51,435 bases of DNA from Acidobacteriota bacterium (GCA_016190945.1 JACPPO010000146.1:1-51435); one strand, 5' to 3'; shown: positions 1 to 9,902, numbered from the stretch's first letter. A program made the numbers and translations. Notes: generated by a model not told the origin, from the sequence alone.

Positions 1-975
1 CACGGGGATCACTTCCTGTTCGACGTGAGACGCCCGGGCGTCTCCGAGAATCGTCATCGCACGCACGCCGTCATCGGCACCATCCGTGCGTCGCGCGGCA
101 TCGGCGATCGCGGGTCGGTGACGACGGGACTGGAGGGGGGAGCGGATTGGGTGCGCTCCAGCAATCTCGGCGACCACGATACTCGGCGCGTCAGCGGCTT
201 TGCCGAGTGGCGGTACGCGCCCGCCGCGAGCATGCAGCTTGACGCCAGCCTTCGCGTCGATCGCTACACGGAGTTCGGGACCTCGTTGAGCCCATCGTTC
301 GGCGTCGGCTGGTGGCCGTCCGCCCCGCTTCGGCTGCGGGCGTCAACCGGGCGGGCGTTCCGCGTGCCGACGTTTACCGAGCGGTACTACTCGGATCCTG
401 CGAACTGGGCGCGGCCAGAGGTTCACGCCGAGACGTCGTGGGCGGGCGAGACGGGTGCTGATTTCTTCCCGTCGGAGAGCTGGGTGCTGACCGCGACGGT
501 CTTCGGCCGAATCGATCACGACGTGATCGATTGGCTGCGGCCGACCACCGCGGAACGATGGCGGACCTACAACATCCGCGATGTCGACACCTTCGGCGCG
601 GAAATCAGTGCGAGGAAAAACCTGCCGGACGGGTCGTTCATCCAGGTTGGCTACGCCGAGCTTGACGTGCGGGCCGCCGCAGTCACGCAGCTCTCGAAGT
701 ACGTGCTCGACTACGCGCCGCACAGCCTAGCGGTGACGGCGGCGCTCGCCCTGCCGTCAGCCATGCAGCTGGCGCCGCGCCTTGAATACAAGCGTCGCAC
801 GCGATCGACGGGAACCAGCGACTACGCCGTGATCGACCTGCGCGTGAGCCGTCGGTTCGGGGCGTATGAGGTGCGCGTCGAGGGCACCAACCTTGGCAGC
901 GCCTCGTACCAGGAGGTCCTCGGCGTCGCGATGCCTAGCCGCGCGCTGACCCTGTCGGTGGCCTTTCGACCCTGA
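1..975 (+). CDS. TonB-dependent receptor, C-terminal barrel (5' partial)
   Basis: Frame open from base 1. Motifs LRVDRY, AFRVPTFTERY and alternating beta-strand pattern ending ...SRALTLSVAFRP. Confidence 0.85.
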   Translation, partial: HGDHFLFDVRRPGVSENRHRTHAVIGTIRASRGIGDRGSVTTGLEGGADWVRSSNLGDHDTRRVSGFAEWRYAPAASMQLDASLRVDRYTEFGTSLSPSFGVGWWPSAPLRLRASTGRAFRVPTFTERYYSDPANWARPEVHAETSWAGETGADFFPSESWVLTATVFGRIDHDVIDWLRPTTAERWRTYNIRDVDTFGAEISARKNLPDGSFIQVGYAELDVRAAAVTQLSKYVLDYAPHSLAVTAALALPSAMQLAPRLEYKRRTRSTGTSDYAVIDLRVSRRFGAYEVRVEGTNLGSASYQEVLGVAMPSRALTLSVAFRP

Positions 976-982
976 CGTGGGG

Positions 983-1022
983 CGCACCTTCGCACTCTCG
1001 CATCATCACACCATCGCACCGC
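983..1022. repeat. Tandem 8-mer CGCACCNT repeat, 5 degenerate units
   Basis: cgcacctt cgcactct cgcatcat cacaccat cgcaccgc, between convergent genes and overlapping the deiminase stop. Confidence 0.75.
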
Positions 1023-2070
1023 GTTGTGGTGGCGCAGGTTCCTGCTGCGTGAGGCAATGAAGGGTGCCAAGCCCCCAGACGAGATCGACGGCATGGATGC
1101 CGACGATTCGATGTGCCGGCATCAGGTCGGCGAGCGTGTTCAGGGCCACACGGTCGTTGGGGTCGTTGAACGTCGGCACCATCACCAGGCCGTTGGCGAC
1201 ATAGAAATTCGCGTAACTTGCCGGCAGGCGCTCCCCGTTCATCATCACGGGCCGCGGGAACGGCAGTCTGACGATCCTGAGCGGACCAACGTCGGCCTGC
1301 CTCGATGCCGCCTCGAGCCTGCGCAGGTTGTCCATCGAACGCGCGTGGTTCTCGTCCTTCGGGTCCTCCTCGACGGCCACCACCACCGTACCCACGTTCA
1401 CGAATCGCGCCACGTCGTCGATATGCCCATGGGTGTCGTCGCCGACGCATCCCTCGCCGAGCCAGATCGTGCGGCGGACGCCAAGCCATTCCTGGAAGAT
1501 GCGTTCGTAGTCAGCACGCCCGAGACCCGGATTTCGGACTTGCACGTCGGTCAACAGCCACTCCTCCGTGACGAGCAGCAGCCCCTGTCCGTTGACCTCG
1601 ATGCCACCGCCCTCCAGCACGATGCGCTCGTTCGTGTCGGCGCGGCGCGGCTCCTCACGAGGCAGGCCGGTCAGGCGCGCGATGACGGGTCCTACGCCCG
1701 CGTCCTGCCGCCAGTTGGGGTACTTTGCCCATCCGCTAAAGGCCCAGTTCAGCAAGACGACGTCGCCGCGTCCGTCAATAACGCTCGTGGGGGCGGAATC
1801 GCGCAGCCAGACGCGGTCGGTCGCTCCCTCGTACAGCGTGACGCGATCTCGGCGCACGTCATGGGCGCCCAGGGCGACCCGCGCGGCCTCCAGGACATCG
1901 CGGTTGTGGCACAGGATCTCAACGGCCTCGTGGTCCGCGAGCACGCGGGCGATTTCCGCGTACGCCCACGGGATCGCCCCGAGTTTGCCGGGCCAATCAG
2001 GCTCGTGATGGGGCCAACTGATCCAGGTCGCCTTGTGCGGCTCCCATTCGGCGGGCATTCGGAATCTCAT
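1006..2070 (-). CDS. aguA: Agmatine deiminase (peptidyl-arginine deiminase family)
   Basis: MPAEWEPH, WLRD, EGGGIEVNG, DDTHGHIDD, ASYANF, GLGTLHCLTQQEP. ATG 2070 chosen; 2058 also possible. Confidence 0.93.
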   Translation of the reverse strand: MRFRMPAEWEPHKATWISWPHHEPDWPGKLGAIPWAYAEIARVLADHEAVEILCHNRDVLEAARVALGAHDVRRDRVTLYEGATDRVWLRDSAPTSVIDGRGDVVLLNWAFSGWAKYPNWRQDAGVGPVIARLTGLPREEPRRADTNERIVLEGGGIEVNGQGLLLVTEEWLLTDVQVRNPGLGRADYERIFQEWLGVRRTIWLGEGCVGDDTHGHIDDVARFVNVGTVVVAVEEDPKDENHARSMDNLRRLEAASRQADVGPLRIVRLPFPRPVMMNGERLPASYANFYVANGLVMVPTFNDPNDRVALNTLADLMPAHRIVGIHAVDLVWGLGTLHCLTQQEPAPPQRGAMV

Positions 2071-2116
2071 ACGAATGCCCAAAGCCCAAGGCCTAAAGCG
2101 CGCAACCGCATTGGTC

Positions 2117-2992
2117 TTACGTGCCGAGATATCGATTCAGGATCGGGCCGTACGCGTCCAGGCGGCGGTCGCGCAGGAACGGCCAATTGCGGCGCACGGT
2201 TTCGATGAGCGCGGGATCGCACTGCGCGACGACGATCTCCTCATCCTCGCCGGCTTCGGCTACGTAGCGGCCGAACGGATCCGCAATAAAGGAGCGGCCG
2301 AAGAACGTGATCCCGCTGGTGCCGGGCTCGTCCTCGTGGCCGATGCGGTTGGGTGAAGCGACGTACACGCCGTTGGCAATGGCATGCGCCCGCTGGATGG
2401 TGCGCCACGCGTCCACCTGCGCGCGGCCCCATTCGTCTTTCTCCGCCGGATGCCAGCCGATTGCGGTCGGATAGAAGAGCACCTGCGCGCCCATGAGGCT
2501 CGTGATACGCGCGGCTTCCGGGTACCACTGATCCCAGCAGATCAGCACGCCGATCGTGGCGTGGCGTGTCTTCCAGACCTTGAACCCTGTCGCGTCGCCC
2601 GGCGTGAAGTAATACTTCTCGTGGAACAGCGGGTCGTTCGGGATATGCATCTTCCGGTAGACGCCAAGGAGGCTCCCGTCCGCGTCGATGATGGCGGCGG
2701 AGTTCCGGTAGATGCCGGCCGTCTGGCGCTCGAAAATCGGGACGATGATGACGGACGCGAGCTCGCGGGCGATTGCCTGCATGGCTTCCGTCGTTGGACC
2801 CGGAATCGGCTCCGCGAGATCGAAGCGGTCGGACCGCTGCGACTTGCAGAAATACGGGGCGTCGAACAGCTCCTTCAGGCAGATGATCTGCGCACCGCGA
2901 CGGGCGGCCTCGCGGACCAGCCGCTCGGCCCGTCGGATGTTGCCCTGCACGTCCGCATCCGCGTGGTCCTGGATGATCCCGATGGTGAACAT
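2117..2992 (-). CDS. aguB: N-carbamoylputrescine amidase (carbon-nitrogen hydrolase)
   Basis: ELF, YRKMHIP, EKYYFTPG, ICWDQW nitrilase motifs; next to aguA. Confidence 0.9.
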   Translation of the reverse strand: MFTIGIIQDHADADVQGNIRRAERLVREAARRGAQIICLKELFDAPYFCKSQRSDRFDLAEPIPGPTTEAMQAIARELASVIIVPIFERQTAGIYRNSAAIIDADGSLLGVYRKMHIPNDPLFHEKYYFTPGDATGFKVWKTRHATIGVLICWDQWYPEAARITSLMGAQVLFYPTAIGWHPAEKDEWGRAQVDAWRTIQRAHAIANGVYVASPNRIGHEDEPGTSGITFFGRSFIADPFGRYVAEAGEDEEIVVAQCDPALIETVRRNWPFLRDRRLDAYGPILNRYLGT

Positions 2993-3024
2993 CTGGCCCT
3001 ATGCTAGCCTTGCTGAATCGAAGG

Positions 3025-4296
3025 ATGAAGACAAAACCGCTCCGCGTCGCGCTCCTCGGCTTCGGCACCGTGGGCGGGTCCGTCGCCAGGATTCTGAGCG
3101 AACGACCCGAACTCGCCGATCGCCTCCAGCTCACCTACATCTTCAACCGCGGCATCGCGCGCAAGCGTGCCGCCTGGGTCCCCTCGTCCGTGGCCTGGAC
3201 CGAAGATGTCGATGAACTGTTCAGGTCCAAGCCGGACGCGGTTGTGGAAGTCGTCGGCGGCATCGATCCGGCCGGCGGCTGGGTGCGCCGCGCGCTGCAG
3301 CAGGGCGCCGCTGTGGTCACGGCGAACAAGATGCTGCTCGCGGCACACGCACCGGAGCTGCTGCATCTCGCGGTGATGAACCACACGCAGCTCCGCTTTG
3401 AGGCGGCCGTCGCCGGGGGCGTGCCGCTGATCCATGGCGTACGGGAAGGGCTCGCCGGTGACCGGCTACTGCGTGTGGCTGGCATTCTCAACGGCACGTC
3501 GAACTACGTGTTGAGCAGGATGGCCAGCGGCAACGAGCCGATGGCCGCCGTTCTCGACGACGCCCGACGCCTCGGCTACGCGGAAGCGGATCCCAGCGCC
3601 GATATCGACGGCGAAGATGCGGGGGCGAAGCTCGTCGTGCTCGCGGGCATCGCATTTCGTCGCCACCTGCGCCTGCCCGATATCCCGAGACGGTCGATCA
3701 GGGCGATCTCCGCCGCCGACTTCCGCTATGCCAGCCGGCTTGGCTGCACGATTCGGCAGATCGCGATGGTTGAGACGAAAGGCGACGGATTCCACGCCTT
3801 TGTCGGACCGGCCCTGGTCCTTCGCGGCTCGAATTTCGGGCTCAACATGGGCGCGAACAACGTCGTCACCATCGCCGGCTATTACGGTGGTGAGAACAGT
3901 TTTAGTGGCGCCGGAGCTGGCGGGCCAGCGACCGCCGTGGCGGTCGTGTCCGATCTCCTGTCGCTGACCGAGCGCGAGCGAGATCACGGCGAGGAATGGC
4001 TGCCCGCGCGCGCGGTGCCCCCGCCGGCGAGGCCCTATTACTTGCGCTTTGTCGTGCGGGACCGCCCGGGCATCCTGGCGTCAATCGCGGCATCGCTGGC
4101 GCATCAGGGCATCAACCTTGATGCGGTGCTGCAGGAGCCAGGCTATCCAAAGGGCGCGCTGCCGTTCGTGATCACCGTCGAGGCGTGCGAAGAGGTCGCG
4201 CTTGGGAAGGCGGTCCAGGAAATCGCCGCTGCCGACTTTCATGCCGAGGCGCCGCTGGCGATCCCGATGCTCTTGGGCGAGGACCCGCGGACGTGA
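3025..4296 (+). CDS. hom: Homoserine dehydrogenase with C-terminal ACT domain
   Basis: GFGTVG, VVTANK, FEAAVAGGVP, GILNGTSNY, GYAEADP, GAGG, DRPGILA. ATG 3001 is an alternative start. Confidence 0.95.
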   Translation: MKTKPLRVALLGFGTVGGSVARILSERPELADRLQLTYIFNRGIARKRAAWVPSSVAWTEDVDELFRSKPDAVVEVVGGIDPAGGWVRRALQQGAAVVTANKMLLAAHAPELLHLAVMNHTQLRFEAAVAGGVPLIHGVREGLAGDRLLRVAGILNGTSNYVLSRMASGNEPMAAVLDDARRLGYAEADPSADIDGEDAGAKLVVLAGIAFRRHLRLPDIPRRSIRAISAADFRYASRLGCTIRQIAMVETKGDGFHAFVGPALVLRGSNFGLNMGANNVVTIAGYYGGENSFSGAGAGGPATAVAVVSDLLSLTERERDHGEEWLPARAVPPPARPYYLRFVVRDRPGILASIAASLAHQGINLDAVLQEPGYPKGALPFVITVEACEEVALGKAVQEIAAADFHAEAPLAIPMLLGEDPRT

Positions 4297-4311
4297 TATC
4301 TTTTTTGATTC

Positions 4312-5262
4312 GTGTCACTTAAGAGCCATGCCTATCCCTCGGCAGGCGATGTGAGGGTGCCGGCCTCCGTCGCCAATCTGGGTGGCGGATTCGATACCCT
4401 TGCGGTCGCGGTCCAACTGTATTTGCGCCTCCGGATCATCGAAATTCGCGAAGACGAGGGGACCAGGCTCACGGTGGTGAACAGCACCCCGCCGGTCAGC
4501 GGCAGGAACGCGGTCGAGCGGGCATTCGAGGCGATCGCGCGCTGGACGGGGCTGCGCGCCCCATCGGTCTTTGTCGAAACCGACAGCGAGATTCCGATGG
4601 CGGCCGGTCTTGGCAGCAGCGCGGCGGCGGCAGTCGCCGGCTTGCGCACGTTCGAGCGTGTCACCCAGCCGCTGCCGGAAGGCGTGCTGCTGGCGGTGGC
4701 GACGTCGCTTGAAGGGCACGCGGACAACGCGGCGGCCGCCCTGCACGGCGGGCTGACGTCTGTCGTCGAGCGGGAGGGGCGGGAGCCGCTCGCATTGCGA
4801 TGGGCGTGGCCCGAGCAAGTGCGTTTGATTGTCGCCACGCCTTCCGGCGGTCTCGCAACGTCAACGGCGCGCGCAGCGCTACCCGAGGCAGTGTCACGGA
4901 AGGACGCGGTGTTCAACCTGCAGCGGGTGCTCTCGCTCGTTCACGCGCTGCACTGCGGCGACTACGGGCGTTTGCGTGAAGCCGTTGAGGATCGGTGGCA
5001 CCAGCCGGCCCGCGCGGCTCTTGTTCCCCAGCTGGCCGCCGCGCTGGCGCTCGAGGATCCAGAGATTCTCGGGACGTTTCTCTCGGGCGCAGGGCCATCC
5101 GTTGCGCTGCTGGCTCGACGCGATTTTGGCCGCATCGAGCAGCTGCTCGCCTCAACGTACGAGCGTACGGGTTGTCCGGCGACAATCAGGACGCTCGGTG
5201 TGCACCAGGCGTTGGAGGCGGTCCCTGAAACGCTCGCCTCGGCGCATGGGAGAACCCTATGA
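4312..5262 (+). CDS. thrB: Homoserine kinase
   Basis: VPASVANLGGGFD, PMAAGLGSSAAA, EGHADN, LSGAGPS. Start uncertain. Confidence 0.93.
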   Translation: MSLKSHAYPSAGDVRVPASVANLGGGFDTLAVAVQLYLRLRIIEIREDEGTRLTVVNSTPPVSGRNAVERAFEAIARWTGLRAPSVFVETDSEIPMAAGLGSSAAAAVAGLRTFERVTQPLPEGVLLAVATSLEGHADNAAAALHGGLTSVVEREGREPLALRWAWPEQVRLIVATPSGGLATSTARAALPEAVSRKDAVFNLQRVLSLVHALHCGDYGRLREAVEDRWHQPARAALVPQLAAALALEDPEILGTFLSGAGPSVALLARRDFGRIEQLLASTYERTGCPATIRTLGVHQALEAVPETLASAHGRTL

Positions 5263-6518
5263 AATTCGTCGCGGGGCTGACCTGCCACCTGTGCGGGGCA
5301 ACGTATCCCGCCGAGGCGTTGTGGGTCTGCGTGGAGTGCCTCGGTCCCCTCGAAGTGTCGTACGACCACGCGGCGATACGCGGCGTCGTCAGCCGCGGCC
5401 TGATCGAATCGCGGCCGCCGTCCTTGTGGCGCTACCGCGAGCTGCTTCCGGTCGAGGAGCCGCGCACCGGTCTTCATTCGGGTTTCACGCCGCTCGTGCG
5501 CGCGACTCGTCTTGCGCGTGAGCTTGGGCTCGACGAGCTGTACATCAAAGACGATTCGGTGAACCATCCGACCTTTTCCTACAAGGACCGGGTCGTGTCG
5601 GTCGCGGCGACCCGCGCCGTTGAGCTGGGCTTCCAGGTGTTCGGGTGTGCGTCGACCGGCAACCTGGCCGGAAGCGTCGCCGCCCACGCGGCGCGCCTCG
5701 GGCTTCCGTGCTACGTCTTCATCCCCAACGATCTGGAGCCGGCCAAGATTCTCGGCGCCGCGATCTACGAACCGCACGTTGTAGCCGTCGAAGGCAACTA
5801 CGACGACGTGAACCGGCTGTGCACGCAAATCGCGGATCGCTACGGGTGGGGATTTGCGAACATCAATCTGCGCGCCTACTACGCCGAAGGCGCCAAGACG
5901 ATGGGCTTTGAGATTGCCGAGCAGCTCGGATGGCGCTTCCCCGACCACATCGTGTCGCCGGTTGCGGGCGGGACGCTCCTGCCGCGCATTTTCAAGGGCC
6001 TTCGCGAGCTGCGCGACGTCGGGCTCGTCAGCGGCCAGTTGCCGAAGATTCATGCCGCGCAGCCCTCCGGCTCCGCGCCTGTGATCAAGGCGATTGAAGC
6101 CGGCCTGGAGTTCCCGGAGCCGGTCAAGCCGAACACGATCGCGAAGTCGCTGGCGATTGGGAATCCGGCCGATGGATTCCAGGTCGTAAGGGTGGTAAAG
6201 GAGACCGGCGCGACCGGGGCCATGGTGAGCGACGAGGAGATCCTGGACGCCGTCCAGCTCCTGGCCCGGACGGAGGGCATTTTCGCGGAGGCCGCCGGCG
6301 GGACCACGCTGGCGGCCACGCGCGCGCTCATCAGGCGCGGCGTCATCAAGTCCAGCGAGTCCGTGGTGGTGTGTATCACCGGAAACGGCTTCAAGACCGC
6401 CGACGTGATGTTCGACCGGGTCGCGCGGCCGACCCAGATCGGCCGCGGACTGGCCGATTTCGAGCGCGTGCTTGGCTCACAGATTGGCGTCGTGGCCGCC
6501 GCTGCGGCGCGCGCGTAA
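5259..6518 (+). CDS. thrC: Threonine synthase (fold-type II PLP)
   Basis: N-terminal CxxC..CxxC, PTFSYKDR, CASTGNLA, ITGNGFK; overlaps thrB stop. Confidence 0.9.
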   Translation: MKFVAGLTCHLCGATYPAEALWVCVECLGPLEVSYDHAAIRGVVSRGLIESRPPSLWRYRELLPVEEPRTGLHSGFTPLVRATRLARELGLDELYIKDDSVNHPTFSYKDRVVSVAATRAVELGFQVFGCASTGNLAGSVAAHAARLGLPCYVFIPNDLEPAKILGAAIYEPHVVAVEGNYDDVNRLCTQIADRYGWGFANINLRAYYAEGAKTMGFEIAEQLGWRFPDHIVSPVAGGTLLPRIFKGLRELRDVGLVSGQLPKIHAAQPSGSAPVIKAIEAGLEFPEPVKPNTIAKSLAIGNPADGFQVVRVVKETGATGAMVSDEEILDAVQLLARTEGIFAEAAGGTTLAATRALIRRGVIKSSESVVVCITGNGFKTADVMFDRVARPTQIGRGLADFERVLGSQIGVVAAAAARA

Positions 6519-6568
6519 ATACGCTTCGAAATCGCGTCGAGCCATAAGTAAGTGTTCCCGAGCGGAAT

Positions 6569-6598
6569 TTGACGTTTCGGGGCCCCAGGTTATAGAAT
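6569..6598 (+). promoter_or_regulatory. sigma70-type promoter of the Cys leader/siroheme operon
   Basis: TTGACG-N18-TAGAAT, ending 9 nt before the leader ATG. Confidence 0.65.
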
Positions 6599-6607
6599 CC
6601 GGACGTC

Positions 6608-6700
6608 ATGTTGTCCAGTTGCGGCCGGCCGGCTGCCTGTTACTGTACGAGGACCTGTCAGGTCCGGGCGCTGTCGGTCCGTCGCGTGGGTAACGATTAA
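6608..6700 (+). CDS. Putative Cys-rich attenuator leader peptide, MLSSCGRPAACYCTRTCQVRALSVRRVGND
   Basis: ATG 6608 to TAA 6700; Cys codons at 6620, 6638, 6644 and 6656; lies between promoter and intrinsic terminator ahead of sulfur assimilation genes. Confidence 0.75.
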   Translation: MLSSCGRPAACYCTRTCQVRALSVRRVGND

Positions 6701-6726
6701 CGAACCCGACAACACGCACACGATCG

Positions 6727-6764
6727 AAAGCCCGGAACCGAAATTCCGGGCTTTTTGTTTTTTT
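6727..6764 (+). terminator. Intrinsic terminator (attenuator) before the siroheme genes
   Basis: AAAGCCCGGAA-ccgaaa-TTCCGGGCTTT then TTGTTTTTTT; GGAG and ATG 6772 follow directly. Confidence 0.9.
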
Positions 6765-6771
6765 GGAGACG

Positions 6772-7329
6772 ATGTTTCCAGTTTTTCTGAACCTCGAATC
6801 GCGCCGCGTCGTCGTGGTCGGCGGCGGGCCAGTGGCGGCCGGCAAGATCGAGGCGTTGCTGGCGGCCGGCGCGGACGTGACCGTGGTCGCGCCCCACGTG
6901 CGGCCGGAGATCGAGCGACCCGGGGTGCAGGTAGTCCGCCGACGCTTCGAAGACGCCGACTTGAACGGCGCGTGGTGGGTAGTCGCGGCCGCGCCCCAAG
7001 ACGTCAATAAGCAGGTGCTGGCTGCGGCGGAGGCACGGCAGATCTTCGTGAACGCAGTCGACGACCCCGGCCATGCCACCGCCTATCTCGGTGGAGTCGT
7101 GCGCCGGCACGGCGTTACGGTGGCGATTTCCACCGACGGCCGCGCACCGGCGCTGGCGGGGCTGCTGCGCGAGGCGCTGGACGCCTGGTTGCCCGGCGAT
7201 CTCGATGAGTGGATGGCGGCGGCCGATGAGGCGCGGCGCACGTGGAAAACGGAGGCGGTGCCGATGGACCAGCGCCGTTGGCAGCTGCTTCAGACGTTGA
7301 ACAGGTTGTATGCCGAGCGTACGAGGTAG
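6772..7329 (+). CDS. Precorrin-2 dehydrogenase / sirohydrochlorin ferrochelatase (CysG N-terminal-like)
   Basis: MFPVFLNL, VVGGGPVA, FVNAVDDP, VAISTDGRAP; RBS GGAG at 6765. Confidence 0.9.
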   Translation: MFPVFLNLESRRVVVVGGGPVAAGKIEALLAAGADVTVVAPHVRPEIERPGVQVVRRRFEDADLNGAWWVVAAAPQDVNKQVLAAAEARQIFVNAVDDPGHATAYLGGVVRRHGVTVAISTDGRAPALAGLLREALDAWLPGDLDEWMAAADEARRTWKTEAVPMDQRRWQLLQTLNRLYAERTR

Positions 7330-8089
7330 CGTGTCGCTCGTCGGTGCCGGCCCGTGGGATCCCGAGCTCTGGACGGTGCGCGCGGTGCGGCGCCTTGAAG
7401 AGGCCGACCTAGTGCTGTACGACGCCCTGGTCGATGTGGAGGCGCTGCGGCGTGCGACCAAGGCGCAGTGCTTCTGCGTCGGCAAGCGCGCCCGCCGTGA
7501 CAGCGTACCGCAAGAGACCATCCACCGCCTGATGATTCGCGCGGCGAAGCAGGGCAAGCGGGTGGTCCGCCTGAAGGGCGGGGACCCGTTCGTCTTTGGG
7601 CGCGGCGGGGAGGAAGCGCTTGCGCTGGTAATGGCCGGCGTGCCCTTCGAGGTCGTTCCCGGGGTCACGACCGCCGTGGCGGCACCGGAGCTCGCGGGAA
7701 TCCCGGTGACGCACCGCGGCATCGCGTCGGCGTTTCTCGTGTTGGCGGGTCACACGGCGGACGCCGTTGATAACACGCTGCGGTCCGTGCGGCCGAATAC
7801 GGTGTCGATGGTCATCCTGATGGGCGTCGGCGCGCGGGCAGACCTTGCGTCGAGGGTGATGGCGCACGGCTGGTCCGCGGACACCCCGGCGGCCATTGTG
7901 TGCGGGGCGTCGACGCCGGACGCCTGGACGTGGACCGGGACGCTCGTGCAGCTCGGCGGGGCGACGCCGCCCGCCGGCCTTCCCGGCGTGCTGGTCATCG
8001 GCGAAGTGGTGCGGGTACGTGAGGTGCTGGCGACGGCATCCAGGGCGGAACAGGCCGACACTGAGGTGAGTTATGGCCGTAACGGATGA
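7310..8089 (+). CDS. cobA: Uroporphyrinogen-III C-methyltransferase
   Basis: VGAGP(W)DP, LYDALV, VVRLKGGDPFVFGRGGEE, PVTHRG. Confidence 0.93.
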   Translation: MPSVRGSVSLVGAGPWDPELWTVRAVRRLEEADLVLYDALVDVEALRRATKAQCFCVGKRARRDSVPQETIHRLMIRAAKQGKRVVRLKGGDPFVFGRGGEEALALVMAGVPFEVVPGVTTAVAAPELAGIPVTHRGIASAFLVLAGHTADAVDNTLRSVRPNTVSMVILMGVGARADLASRVMAHGWSADTPAAIVCGASTPDAWTWTGTLVQLGGATPPAGLPGVLVIGEVVRVREVLATASRAEQADTEVSYGRNG

Positions 8090-9902
8090 GGCGCCGACGT
8101 TCGGACGGGGACGTCCGTCGTTCGCCAACGAGCGGGACGTCGACGAGTTCGTCGATACCTTGAGGCGCTACGAGAACGGCGAAATCTCCGCCGACGACTG
8201 GCGGCGGTTCCGCCTCCTGCGCGGCACCTACGGGCAGCGGCAGGACGGGGTGCAGATGATGCGGATCAAGATTCCGCAGGGCATCGTCACCGGCGGCCAG
8301 CTTCGCACGCTCGGCGACGTCGCGGCGAAGTACTCGCGCGGCTTTGGCCACGTAACGACCCGCCAGAACATCCAATATCACTTCGTACTGTTGAAGGACG
8401 CCGAGCTGGTGATGCGCGACCTCGCCGAAGTGGGCATGACCACGCGCGAGGCCTGCGGCAACTCGGTGCGCAACATCACCGCGTGCCCGTATGCCGGCGT
8501 CGCCCACGACGAGGTGTTCGACGTGACGCCGTACGCCGAGGGGATGACGCGGTATTTCCTCGGACATCCGCTTGCGGGCTCGTTGCCGCGCAAGTTCAAG
8601 ATCGCGTTCGAGGGCTGTCCTCACGATCATGCGCTGGTCTCCATTCACGACCTCGGGTGGTTCGCGCGCAGCGTCAACGGCCGGCGCGGCTTCCGGCTGA
8701 CTATCGCCGGCGGCACGTCGATTCTGCCGACCTCGGGGTACCTGCTGTACGAATTTCTCCCCGCCGAACAGATGCTCGAGGTGGCGGAAGCGATCGTCCG
8801 GGTGTACCACCGCCTCGGCGACCGCCAGCACCCCCAGCGGAACCGCATGAAGTTCCTCATTCGTCAGCTCGGATGGGACGCGTGGCGGCAGAAGTTCGAC
8901 GAGACGCTGGCGGAGGTTCGTTCGGAGGGCGGTGTCCCTTTCAATGCGAGCGCGGTCGCCTCGGCGCTTGAACGCGCGCCGGACTGGCCCGCATCGCCGG
9001 CTCCCTCGCTCGAGAAGGTCAAGCGGACGGTGGCCGGCGTGGACGTCCACGGCCCGGGGATCATGCCTGGGACCGTGAAGCTGCAGACGTTCGCCGACGC
9101 TTATCTCAGATGGATGCACACCAATGTCGGACTTCAGCGCCAGGCCGGCTTCGTACACGTGACCGTGCGCCTGCCGCTGGGCGACATGACCGCCGGCCAG
9201 ATGCATGTGCTGGCCGACCTCGCGGAGGCGTACGGCGACGGCACGGCGCGGCTCACTATCGGACAGAACGTGTTGTTCCGATGGGTGAAGGTTGGCGCGA
9301 TCCAGGAGCTGTATCAGCGATTGCAAGCGGCGGGACTCGGGTCGGCCGGAGCGAACACGGTTGCCGACGTGGTGAGCTGTCCTGGTGCCGAAAGCTGCCG
9401 CCTGGCGGTCACGCAGTCGCGCGGACTCGGACGCATCTTGACCGAATACCTGGATCGTCGCCCGGAATTGGTGGCGCTCGTCCAGGAAGGGGACATCAAG
9501 ATCAGCGGCTGCCCCAACGGCTGCGGCCAGCACCACATTGCCGCCATCGGCTTCCAGGGGAGCGTCCGCAAGGTGGGCAACCAGGCGCTTCCGCAGTATT
9601 TCGTCTTGGTCGGCGGCGGCAGCACCGAGTCAGGCGCGCAATTCGGGCGGGTGGTGTCGAAAGTCCCGGTCCGCCGCCTGACGACCGCGATCGATCGGCT
9701 GCTGACGCTCTACCAGGAGCGGCGCGACCCGGGCGAATCGCCGGGTGCGTTCTTCAGGCGTATCCCCGCGGCGACCGCAACCGACGCGTTGAAGGATCTC
9801 GCGCAGGTTCTGCCGAATGAGACAACCGCAGACGACTATATCGATCTGGGCGAAACGGGGACGTTCGAAATGGTCGTGATGGACGGGGAGTGCGCCTCGT
9901 AG
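8073..9902 (+). CDS. Ferredoxin-type sulfite/nitrite reductase (siroheme, 4Fe-4S)
   Basis: TTRQNIQ, LPRKFKIA, RNRMKFL, SCPGAESC, ISGCPNGC. Sulfite as substrate is inferred from the Cys leader. Confidence 0.92.
   Translation: MAVTDEAPTFGRGRPSFANERDVDEFVDTLRRYENGEISADDWRRFRLLRGTYGQRQDGVQMMRIKIPQGIVTGGQLRTLGDVAAKYSRGFGHVTTRQNIQYHFVLLKDAELVMRDLAEVGMTTREACGNSVRNITACPYAGVAHDEVFDVTPYAEGMTRYFLGHPLAGSLPRKFKIAFEGCPHDHALVSIHDLGWFARSVNGRRGFRLTIAGGTSILPTSGYLLYEFLPAEQMLEVAEAIVRVYHRLGDRQHPQRNRMKFLIRQLGWDAWRQKFDETLAEVRSEGGVPFNASAVASALERAPDWPASPAPSLEKVKRTVAGVDVHGPGIMPGTVKLQTFADAYLRWMHTNVGLQRQAGFVHVTVRLPLGDMTAGQMHVLADLAEAYGDGTARLTIGQNVLFRWVKVGAIQELYQRLQAAGLGSAGANTVADVVSCPGAESCRLAVTQSRGLGRILTEYLDRRPELVALVQEGDIKISGCPNGCGQHHIAAIGFQGSVRKVGNQALPQYFVLVGGGSTESGAQFGRVVSKVPVRRLTTAIDRLLTLYQERRDPGESPGAFFRRIPAATATDALKDLAQVLPNETTADDYIDLGETGTFEMVVMDGECAS

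Noticed and set aside
6600-6770. Riboswitch or T-box as the explanation of the siroheme leader
   Set aside because: No SAM-I, cobalamin or T-box (UGGNACC) consensus seen; the Cys sORF fits better.
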